Origin: a virus
Virus record (IMG/VR): IMGVR_UViG_3300043179_000079
Location: 1,138-65,137 of that record
Reading direction: 5' to 3' (one strand)
Length of the DNA stretch: 64,000 nt
The notes beneath the pieces are model-generated. The model did no database searches, was not told where the DNA came from, and saw only the letters and a list, made by a program, of their open reading frames with translations. The first letter of the stretch is position 1. Each line of letters begins with the position of its first letter. The translations under genes and the position numbers were made by a program. Positions 51,901 to 58,788 of this stretch are shown here, piece by piece.

Positions 51901-52314
51901 TACCGTGGAGGTCAGGCGGTGCCCCCTTCGCTCCAGCGTAGACCCCTCGATGCTGTACCGCACCAAGATGGGCTCCTTGTTGGCCTGGCAGTCCCGGATG
52001 ATGGCCGCCAGGGCGCGGGCGCCCTCGTGGCCGCTGTCGTCGAAGAGGCGCGCCACGACGTAGATGTACGGCACCTTGACGCAGGACAGGTAGTACCTCT
52101 GCCGGTCGTTCTCGCAGTCCTCGGGCTTGTAAATCTTCTTGGCCGACACTATCTTGCCGACCACGTCGAGGGGGGTGGAGTCCTGGCCCGATCGATGCTC
52201 GAAGTTCAGGGTGGCCTTGCCCTCCTCCAGGTCCGAGATGTCGCAGCCCTCGACCTCCAGCACCTCGCCCGCCGTGTCGAGGGCCTCTGACGCGGCCACG
52301 CCATCGATGATCAT
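48997..52314 (-). CDS. prohead protease polyprotein: protease, HhH-GPD-like domain, unknown domain, GGDEF
   Basis: N-terminal IIDG.A.SE..D..GE...NFEH...YSIEG; GLAPKT...PDTHFLR; DGNDFSSINN.HGH..GD...GGDEF; linkers LSKA, MAKG, LSKG. Confidence 0.85.
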   Translation of the reverse strand: MIIDGVAASEALDTAGEVLEVEGCDISDLEEGKATLNFEHRSGQDSTPLDVVGKIVSAKKIYKPEDCENDRQRYYLSCVKVPYIYVVARLFDDSGHEGARALAAIIRDCQANKEPILVRYSIEGSTLERRGHRLTSTVARAVAATVRPANRTCLSGVVEDGKRTEKREASRLAGSVEVSADPELPAELSKALEAGYGASSPGSLVQGGALQKKTEARRPMALPKPAREQAKPKAARQQTLPGVSVKPAGLTVQGAPIKENPKLARPFVDETSGVMRTPRGDLRLYLPAHDGTDEHFKKILSDPKIEEAHGRAMHGWVRTHDLLRQRRLPSEVVMHSVLFSELSPNTPVPIQELMYSKLVDAMAHTGHDPSKPGFEPAIQHWKQLNRPDEYPEHARSHFIANPGAHTQAGVLQRYAMAKEKGVNILRYHQMHDQMVELANRHGADARSAVGELMRHKIESVRSELRRKVAAGKGKPDPGRYEGIHPHGLAPKTSRYAWGMMGGGNVTVPDTHFLRHLFGLRIRRDSDTIEYVKNLLWDPRHTHLLDSIDRWYSKNHPAVQHMVEHPVWGKHFATREDAIFPAFWRHWMAIAPHERLRNMPGGLAANELTTHAPYWEAIDPFMAKGEPVPEAHSDLPLRTALVHRRYAEAFGEVPASMLYHAFLAPRLLDHAERRTAGRQATAMMAGSAPRLERLTAELRSHLAALPSEGAGEALYHGGPSVREVHALHDGGAVRVGRYMVHDGSVRHLEDYHGVLSRLLPEGPADERAVAMMHSLEASPHLRVQHDHDYPRDEVEAGGERADAPRQPAAPAGAQAPAEGGVEVYEYQRAGMSAPATLEVSGDAAYLNGSPVPPSLVRLMARNARTGAATLRPARGLSKGEGERMGPDTALQHIRAAVQAGHVHPDVERALTRHIYEDKMAPGLGNKYAFSEFRARRRPGVYISMDGNDFSSINNQHGHDAGDQAIEAFGRASREAMDESVGRGHGKLFRDPDLQDLYRNGGDEFVAHVPSYEHALRFVHALRDKMDALPPIGGTHKLSMSIGLGHSPEHADRALYEAKRQKLTPGGQRAHAVGQTPMLAHSAVPGREGPIALHHEAPPAPAPPTAA

Positions 52315-52323
52315 CGCCCCCCT

Positions 52324-52330
52324 AAGATTG
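52324..52330 (-). promoter_or_regulatory. candidate late-promoter box CAATCTT
   Basis: 9 nt before ATG 52314. Confidence 0.6.
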
Positions 52331-52353
52331 CCCGCCCGCGCTCTTTTTTTCTG

Positions 52354-52382
52354 TTGACAGCAGAACCCGGGAGGCCTATATT
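52354..52382 (+). promoter_or_regulatory. sigma70-type early promoter
   Basis: TTTTTTTCTG-TTGACA-N17-TATATT. Confidence 0.8.
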
Positions 52383-52427
52383 TACCGTGACCGTAACGGA
52401 AAACCCTCAGACACGAAGGAGACCACC

Positions 52428-53570
52428 ATGGACCTCAGCGACATCAAGCCCGGGATGCCCCTCAACCGCGTCCACGCCGAGTACGGCGCCCTGTCCGACG
52501 AGGACAAGCTGCGCATCGGCCTGGAGAAGCTCACCTCCTACATCGACAAGGGCCGGGACAAGGCCGCCCGGGTGGTCCAGGCCATCCTGGACGAGCAGCC
52601 GCGCGACCGCTACGTCCCCGCAGGCCGCCTCGGATTCAAGGTCGTCGAGAGCAACGGCCCCCGCCCGCAGATCCAGGTCCTCGTGGGCGAGGAGGGCGCC
52701 CGCATCCACCGCTACGCCCTAGACCAGGCCGCGGAGCGCGTGGGCATCAACCTCCGCTTCCTCCACGGGCTCGTGGACAAAGGAGAGCCGTGGGCGGCCA
52801 ACCTGGCGGCCCACAACATGAACGTCCTGCTGAACCACCAGCCGGCCAACACCAAGTACCTGGTCCGCCAGGTCGGCGGAGAGGTCCGCGGGGTGCTCTC
52901 CTCGGCCTACAAGCGCATCGACAGCCGCCCGACGGTGGACGCGCTGATCCAGGCGTCCGACTCGGCCGGGGCCAAGGTCGTGGACGGCATCTTCACGCCG
53001 ACCCGCGTCAGCCTCAAGGTGGTCAAGGCCGAGCCGGTCGAGATTTTCCCCGGCGAGTACGCGGTGTTCGGGCTCGACTACTCGAACAGCGACTTCGGCG
53101 ACGGCGCCACCGAGTTCTCGGCCTTCATCCTCCGCCTGATCTGCCTCAACGGGGCGGTCTCGGTCCGCGAGCTGCGCAAGATCCACATCGGCGCCCGCTT
53201 CCAGGGCGACGAGCACGCCAGCGAGCGAACCCTCCGCCTCAACGCGGCGGCCCAGGCCAGCATCGCCCGGGACCAGGTCAGCGCGCTCCTCTCCCCGGCA
53301 GCGACCGAGAACCTCGTGTCGCAGATCCGCAAGGCGAACTCGATCGAGGTCTCCCCGGCCAAGATCAAGGCCTTCCTCAAGACCCGGGTCAACAAGACCG
53401 AGGAGGAGGAGATCGTCAAGAAGTTCGCCAGCGCCGACATCGTCGAGGTGCCCGCCGGGCAGACCAACTGGCGGTTCAGCAACGCCATCTCCTGGCTGGC
53501 CCGCGGCACCGAGGACGGCCGGCGCCGCATGGAGCTGGAGCGCATCGCGGGCGAGGCCGCGGCGGCCTAG
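52428..53570 (+). CDS. DUF932-like protein
   Basis: RGVLS..Y.R.D...NS..G.G....F..RL.CLNG...H.G pattern; AAGGAG SD. Confidence 0.8.
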   Translation: MDLSDIKPGMPLNRVHAEYGALSDEDKLRIGLEKLTSYIDKGRDKAARVVQAILDEQPRDRYVPAGRLGFKVVESNGPRPQIQVLVGEEGARIHRYALDQAAERVGINLRFLHGLVDKGEPWAANLAAHNMNVLLNHQPANTKYLVRQVGGEVRGVLSSAYKRIDSRPTVDALIQASDSAGAKVVDGIFTPTRVSLKVVKAEPVEIFPGEYAVFGLDYSNSDFGDGATEFSAFILRLICLNGAVSVRELRKIHIGARFQGDEHASERTLRLNAAAQASIARDQVSALLSPAATENLVSQIRKANSIEVSPAKIKAFLKTRVNKTEEEEIVKKFASADIVEVPAGQTNWRFSNAISWLARGTEDGRRRMELERIAGEAAAA

Positions 53571-53577
53571 AGGTTCT

Positions 53578-53666
53578 GGGCGAACCGTCTATCCACGCGG
53601 TGGCTAGATGGGTTCTGGCAAGTAGGGGGAGCTGTTTTGCGTCGATCCCGAAAGCCAGAATCGCCC
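53578..53666 (+). ncRNA. candidate structured RNA (three-way junction with loop-E-like motif)
   Basis: GGGCGA/TCGCCC, CCGTCTA.CCAC/GTGG.TAGATGG, TTCTGGC/GCCAGAA enclosing AAGTA/GAAA and tandem GA. Confidence 0.55.
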
Positions 53667-53682
53667 TCTTTCCCCAACCACC

Positions 53683-53719
53683 GGGGCCCGGCTCCCTGAG
53701 GGCCGGGCCCCTCTCTTTT
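53683..53719 (+). terminator. rho-independent terminator
   Basis: GGGGCCCGGC/GCCGGGCCCC stem plus TCTCTTTT. Confidence 0.8.
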
Positions 53720-53758
53720 GACGCACCTCCCACTTTCGTGACGGTCTGGTCTTTTTCG

Positions 53759-53787
53759 TTGACAGCAAAAACCCCCAGCCTCATGCT
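53759..53787 (+). promoter_or_regulatory. sigma70-type promoter, leaderless
   Basis: TTTTTCG-TTGACA-N17-CATGCT, 6 nt before ATG 53794. Confidence 0.75.
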
Positions 53788-53793
53788 AGGAAC

Positions 53794-54831
53794 ATGAAGA
53801 ACACAAACCGCACCGACCCGCATCGCCCCGGAGCCATCGTCCCCGCCGACTACAAGTACGTCCTCTCGTACGCCCTGCCGACCACCTCGGGCGGCTGGCC
53901 CATCCCGGCCCAGGGCATCAACTGCCAGCTCGACCGCCGTATCGTAGACGCCAAGGGCGTCATCATCCAGGAAGGACAGCACGACGCGAACGGTCGCTGC
54001 TGCGTTTTGGGGCTCATACACGTTGCCAAGGCCACCTTCGCCGGCATCGGCGCCACCGGCAAGTGCTCCGTCTGCGGCACCTGCTACAGCTACGGCGACG
54101 TGTGGTACCACACCCCGTCAGCCGAGTACATCCACATCGGCCACACCTGTTCCGACAAGTACGAGATGCTGGCCGACCGCTCCAGGTTCGAGCTGGAACG
54201 GGGCCGCCGGGAAGCGGCCGCGGCCCGTGAGGTCTCCAAGGTCCGCAACCAGGAGGAGCGTCAGGACTTCCTGACCGCCAACCCGGGACTGGAAGAGGAC
54301 CTCAAGGTAGGCCACCACATCGTCCAAGACATCGCCCGCAAGTTCCAGGAGTACCGCTCCCTGAGCCCGGCTCAGGTGGCCCTGGTCCGCAAGATCGCGA
54401 ACGAGGTCCGCAACCCGCCCCCGGCCGAGGCCCACGTCCCCGCGCCCAAGGGTCGCGTGACGGTGCGCGGCAAGGTGGTGTCCACGAAGACCTACGACGG
54501 CCACTTCGGCACCACCCTCAAGATGACGGTCAAGGTGACCACCCCCGGAGGCGTCTGGCTGTGCTGGGGGACGGTCCCTGACGCCCTCCTCGGCGACCGC
54601 CCGGTGAATGGCGCCACGGTAGAGTTCACGGCCACCCTGAAACCAGGCCGCGACGCCCACTTCGCCCTCTTCTCGCGCCCCACCAAGGCGTCGGTGGTGT
54701 CCTACCCCGACCCGGAGTGCACCAGGTGCCGCAACGCCTTCCCGTACGGCGGCGGGAACCAGGTCGTATGCGACCCCTGCATCGGAGCCGAGGTCGCCAG
54801 ACTCACCGCCCGCGTCGAGGCGGCCGTCTAG
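53794..54831 (+). CDS. zinc-finger plus OB-fold-like protein
   Basis: CSVCG...HIGHTC; C-terminal GRVTVRGKVVSTK...TVEFTATL...FSRP.K. Confidence 0.75.
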   Translation: MKNTNRTDPHRPGAIVPADYKYVLSYALPTTSGGWPIPAQGINCQLDRRIVDAKGVIIQEGQHDANGRCCVLGLIHVAKATFAGIGATGKCSVCGTCYSYGDVWYHTPSAEYIHIGHTCSDKYEMLADRSRFELERGRREAAAAREVSKVRNQEERQDFLTANPGLEEDLKVGHHIVQDIARKFQEYRSLSPAQVALVRKIANEVRNPPPAEAHVPAPKGRVTVRGKVVSTKTYDGHFGTTLKMTVKVTTPGGVWLCWGTVPDALLGDRPVNGATVEFTATLKPGRDAHFALFSRPTKASVVSYPDPECTRCRNAFPYGGGNQVVCDPCIGAEVARLTARVEAAV

Positions 54832-55589
54832 CCGCCGCGCTGGCGGGCGTACTCGTCGTGGTCGGGGGCGACGAACCTCACGCCGCCACCGGCCCCGAAC
54901 CCGTACCCGGGCAAGAGGATGGTCTGGGTGCACCTGCAGTTCGGGTGCAGGCCCAGGACGCTCGGCGCCGGCCCCCCGCGCTTGTGGTACCCGCGGTCCA
55001 GCTCCGACAGCTTCCAGACCCGAGGGGTGACGCCGTCCTCCAGCATGTGGAGCCTCTTGCACTCCTCGCACAGGTAGCCGTCCCGGACCACCACGAAGTA
55101 CACGGTAGGGTCCCTGTCCCCCCTGGCGGCCGCGATCTGCCCGACCGCCTCCAGGCTGCCCAGGTTCCTGGCCGCGGTCGCCTCGGTGTTGGCCACCCGC
55201 TCCACGACCGCCGTCAGGCGCGTCAGCACGCCCTCCAGGGCGTCCCTCAGGGCCCCCCGGACCTCGGGGGTCATCACGCCCTTGGCGCCGCGCACGACCC
55301 CGTCCACCACCCGCGTCACGGCCGCCTGGGCGGCCTCCTGGTGGGAGTCCATGTAGCCGGCGGCCACCCGCCGGATGACCTCGGCCGCCGACGCCCTGGG
55401 GACCGCCCCTCCCTCCCGCACGGCGCCCTCGTAGAGCCCGGGTATGGTGAACCGCCGGTCCACCGTGACGTACAGGCGCTTGTCGCCCCTCGGGGCCGCC
55501 ACGAGGCCCATCCGGATCTTGGCCCTGCCGAAGAGGCGGCCGACCGCCGCCCGGGCGGCGGCCGCGAGCCTGTCCGCCGCGTCGGCCAC
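54828..55589 (-). CDS. MuF-like head morphogenesis protein
   Basis: RVANTE...CEEC...LHPNCRC. Confidence 0.8.
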   Translation of the reverse strand: MADAADRLAAAARAAVGRLFGRAKIRMGLVAAPRGDKRLYVTVDRRFTIPGLYEGAVREGGAVPRASAAEVIRRVAAGYMDSHQEAAQAAVTRVVDGVVRGAKGVMTPEVRGALRDALEGVLTRLTAVVERVANTEATAARNLGSLEAVGQIAAARGDRDPTVYFVVVRDGYLCEECKRLHMLEDGVTPRVWKLSELDRGYHKRGGPAPSVLGLHPNCRCTQTILLPGYGFGAGGGVRFVAPDHDEYARQRGG

Positions 55590-57769
55590 TATCCCCTCTC
55601 GGGCAGGATGTCGTCGGCCTGGGCCAGGATCTCGCCCACGGCCTCGTGGGCGTCGGCCTCCAGGGACCTCGCGACCCCGTCCACCAGGCGCTTGTGGTTC
55701 TCCAGCAGGATGCGCTTGCCGGGGGGCAGGTGCCGCTCGCCCTTGCTCAGGGAGTCGGCCGCCTCCTGGAGGGAGCGCTCCAGATCCGCCTTGGGGGGGT
55801 TACCGGTGCTGTCCTCGGCCTGGGCCGTCTTCTGCTTCTCGGTGGGCTCGTGCTGGGGCTGCTGGACGTCGGCGTTGCCGGCGGCCTCCGGGTTCTCCTC
55901 GCCCCCGGTCGAGCCCTCGGAGCCTCCCCCGCCTCCACCACCGCCGCCTCCCGGCGGCTGGCCCCGGGCGACCTGCATCTGGGCCAGCTTGGCCTGCTGG
56001 ATCATCTGCTGCTGCTGGAACCACATGGGGTCGCGGCGGTACTGGAGGTTGGGGTCCTGGGACGCGCCCTTGCGTCCGAAGAACTTCTCCAGGATCTCGC
56101 CCACCGTCAGGTAGGGGTCGAGGACCTGCTTCTGGAAGGCTGGGTTGAGCGGGAACTCGCCTCCCCACTCCTTGCCGTACGGCTTCTTCTCCACCTTGGA
56201 GAGGAGCTGGTCCATCGTCATGTGCAGCGGCATGTCCTGCTGCAGGCGGACGGACTCCTTCTCCTCGGTCTCGGCCTCCAGGCCGATCATCCGGAAGCGG
56301 ACCTTGTCGTGGATCTCTGGGGCGATGAGCGGCATGATGACCGCGTTCACGAAGTCCTCGAACTTGGCCAGCATCGGCCGGATCCCGAGATCCCGGGCGG
56401 CCTCCAGCTTGTACTCGTTGCTGGACTCGCTGAGCGCCTGGTTGTTGGTGCCGCGGCTGAGGTAGGTCCACCCCGGCAGCTCGTCCGGGCTCATCTGGAA
56501 CGCCGACAGGATGGTCCTGGCGTTCATGTCGGTGAGGTACTGGAACTCCATGTCCCGGCTGGAGGTGTCGATGGCCTGCCAGCTCAGCTCGTCACCCGGG
56601 CCGATGCCGAAGACCGGCATCCTCCAGGCGTTCGAGCTGTTGTTTATGGACGCGTTGAACTGCTGCCGGATGGTCTTGATCACGTCGTCGTCCACGTCGT
56701 CCGACTTGATGACGAGCATGCCGCGGCTGGCCCGGCCGTTCTGGAAGTAGAGCCGGTTGTGGTTGGTGATGTTGAGGTGCGTCGTGACCGCCGCGATGGC
56801 GTTGTCGAGCGGCGTGACCGGGTACCCGTCCCACTCCACGTCGGGGACCGGGTAGAAGTTGTGGACCACGCACTCCTGGGCGGTGAACGCCTGCACGGGG
56901 CGCTGCTCGATGACCTGTATCCAGGCGTACTCGTCCTTCTGGAAGCGATCGACGTCGATGCCCTTGCCGTCGAAGCTGCCGGTCTTGAGCTGCTGCAGCA
57001 GGTGCTTGGCCTGCTGGCGAACGACGTCGGCGCCCTTCCGCTGGGGAACCGAGAAGAAGACGGTGCCGGCGTCGATGGGGCGGAACCCGACGAACTTCTT
57101 GCCCGACATCGCGGAGGGGTCGCTCTTCCACACCAGCTCGGTGGCGATCCTGCCGACCCCCGAGGCCGAGTAGGTGCTCATCTCCAGGTACTGGGCAAAG
57201 GTCATGCGCTCGTTCATGGGGAAGGCGTCCTCGTCCCCGCACGACCACAGGCGCTTGACGGCCTGGTCGATCTGCTTGTCGAGCTGGGCCTTGCCCTCGT
57301 CGTCGAGGCGGTCCACCACCCCGACCGTCGGCTCCAGGACGTACCCCATCCCGAACCGGTCGAACCGCGGGCGGCCGAAGTTGCTGACCTGGTGGCAGCG
57401 GGCCCGGATGATGGCCGCGACCAGGTCGTCCTGGACCGCTATCCGCTTGGCGACGTGCTCCGGCACCCCCCGCAGCTTCGGGCGGTACACAGACTGGTAC
57501 TGGTGAGACGAGTTCGGGTCGGTCTCGAAGGCGAGGCGCTCGACCTCGTTGCGGTTCAGGAGGCGCTTGACCGACTTCTCCAGGGCGTCCAGGCCTGGGC
57601 GGTTGGAGGTGCGAGGCTCCGGCTTGGGCGCGGCCTGCTCCTGGTCCACGTCGAAGGAGTACCTGACGCGGCGCCTCCCCCTCTGGGCGACTAGCTGCCG
57701 CTCCTTCTTCTCCAGAGCCTCAGCCACCGAGTGCTTGGCCCTGTTGGTAGGCCTCTGTGTCTCAGCCAT
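55589..57769 (-). CDS. portal protein
   Basis: PIDAGTV, N..YF.NG.A.RGML, W..PV, DMEF, I..AFQMSPDE.; LEKS near N-terminus and LSKG near C-terminus. Confidence 0.9.
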   Translation of the reverse strand: MAETQRPTNRAKHSVAEALEKKERQLVAQRGRRRVRYSFDVDQEQAAPKPEPRTSNRPGLDALEKSVKRLLNRNEVERLAFETDPNSSHQYQSVYRPKLRGVPEHVAKRIAVQDDLVAAIIRARCHQVSNFGRPRFDRFGMGYVLEPTVGVVDRLDDEGKAQLDKQIDQAVKRLWSCGDEDAFPMNERMTFAQYLEMSTYSASGVGRIATELVWKSDPSAMSGKKFVGFRPIDAGTVFFSVPQRKGADVVRQQAKHLLQQLKTGSFDGKGIDVDRFQKDEYAWIQVIEQRPVQAFTAQECVVHNFYPVPDVEWDGYPVTPLDNAIAAVTTHLNITNHNRLYFQNGRASRGMLVIKSDDVDDDVIKTIRQQFNASINNSSNAWRMPVFGIGPGDELSWQAIDTSSRDMEFQYLTDMNARTILSAFQMSPDELPGWTYLSRGTNNQALSESSNEYKLEAARDLGIRPMLAKFEDFVNAVIMPLIAPEIHDKVRFRMIGLEAETEEKESVRLQQDMPLHMTMDQLLSKVEKKPYGKEWGGEFPLNPAFQKQVLDPYLTVGEILEKFFGRKGASQDPNLQYRRDPMWFQQQQMIQQAKLAQMQVARGQPPGGGGGGGGGGSEGSTGGEENPEAAGNADVQQPQHEPTEKQKTAQAEDSTGNPPKADLERSLQEAADSLSKGERHLPPGKRILLENHKRLVDGVARSLEADAHEAVGEILAQADDILPERG

Positions 57770-57779
57770 CCGCCGCCCC

Positions 57780-58757
57780 CTACGCCGCGGCGATCACGAG
57801 GACCTTGGCGATGGACTGCGACCTGTTGAGCAGGGCCAGCCTCCACACGGTCCCCTTCTTGAACGCCCACCCCACCTTGTCCGGGTCCCCCGCCTCGAAG
57901 GGCTCGATCCGGTTGTTCTCCCCGGTGTCCCCGTTGAGCTTGACCGCCACCTCCTGGTCGGCCTCCGCGTAGTACCAGGCCTTGGCGCCGCTGTAGACCT
58001 CCAGGCCCCCGACCCCCGGCACCGCGGTCTCGTCCGCCAGGGGCAGGGTGCTCTGGATGTCGAGCCACCGCGGGGCCGCGGAGAGGACGCGGTAGCTCCT
58101 CCGAGCCGAGGTGACGAACCCGGCCAGTATCTCCAGCTTGTCCCCCTCCTGGACGCGGTCCGAGGAGAAGGCCAGGATCTCGTTCATGCTCGCGACCGCC
58201 ACCACCTCCGAGACCCCGGAGAAGGAGACGCCCGACGGGCGGGCGAGGACCATGGAGGTCGGGGTCGAGGCGAGCGCCGTCCAGTACCCCTCGTTCTCGG
58301 TCGAGAACGGGGACGCCGGGTCGCCGGTGGTCGGGCCGGGGATGAGGACGGTGTCGCCCACCTGCACGTCCGAGTAGGTCGGCCCGACCCCGGTCACGGT
58401 CACGGTGGAGTTGGCGTTGACCGTCAGGGTCAGGGTAGCGCTAGAGGCGTCGAAGCTCCGGTCCACCCTGAAGGCAGGCAGCGTCCCGGCCCCGGTCCAC
58501 TCGATCCGGTAGCGGTCGGCCGCCAGGGGCGACAAAGACAGGGACAGCTCGGTGGTACCGTCGAACCCGGTGGTGCGAGTACCGTCGAACCAGACCGCCT
58601 CCTCCCCAGGGGCCAGCTTCACGATCTCGGACCTGGGCGTCTCCGTGACCAGCCCCCGCATGGCCCGGGACCAGTCCACGACCCGGAGCTGCGGGTTCGA
58701 GCTGGAGACCTGGTCGTCGTAGGCGAGGACGTGGGTGGACAGCGTCAGGAGGGACAT
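57780..58757 (-). CDS. putative virion structural protein
   Basis: GGAGG SD; between terminase and portal. Confidence 0.75.
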   Translation of the reverse strand: MSLLTLSTHVLAYDDQVSSSNPQLRVVDWSRAMRGLVTETPRSEIVKLAPGEEAVWFDGTRTTGFDGTTELSLSLSPLAADRYRIEWTGAGTLPAFRVDRSFDASSATLTLTVNANSTVTVTGVGPTYSDVQVGDTVLIPGPTTGDPASPFSTENEGYWTALASTPTSMVLARPSGVSFSGVSEVVAVASMNEILAFSSDRVQEGDKLEILAGFVTSARRSYRVLSAAPRWLDIQSTLPLADETAVPGVGGLEVYSGAKAWYYAEADQEVAVKLNGDTGENNRIEPFEAGDPDKVGWAFKKGTVWRLALLNRSQSIAKVLVIAAA

Positions 58758-58767
58758 GTCGTCCTCC

Positions 58768-58774
58768 AAGATTG
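58768..58774 (-). promoter_or_regulatory. candidate late-promoter box CAATCTT
   Basis: Abuts GGAGG SD of 58757. Confidence 0.6.
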
Positions 58775-58788
58775 CCTGCCCTTCCGTC

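Noticed and set aside
53578-53666. c-di-GMP riboswitch (prompted by the GGDEF domain)
   Set aside because: Lacks the GEMM-I GNRA/receptor layout and the class II kink-turn/pseudoknot consensus as I recall them; it also sits 3' of a gene
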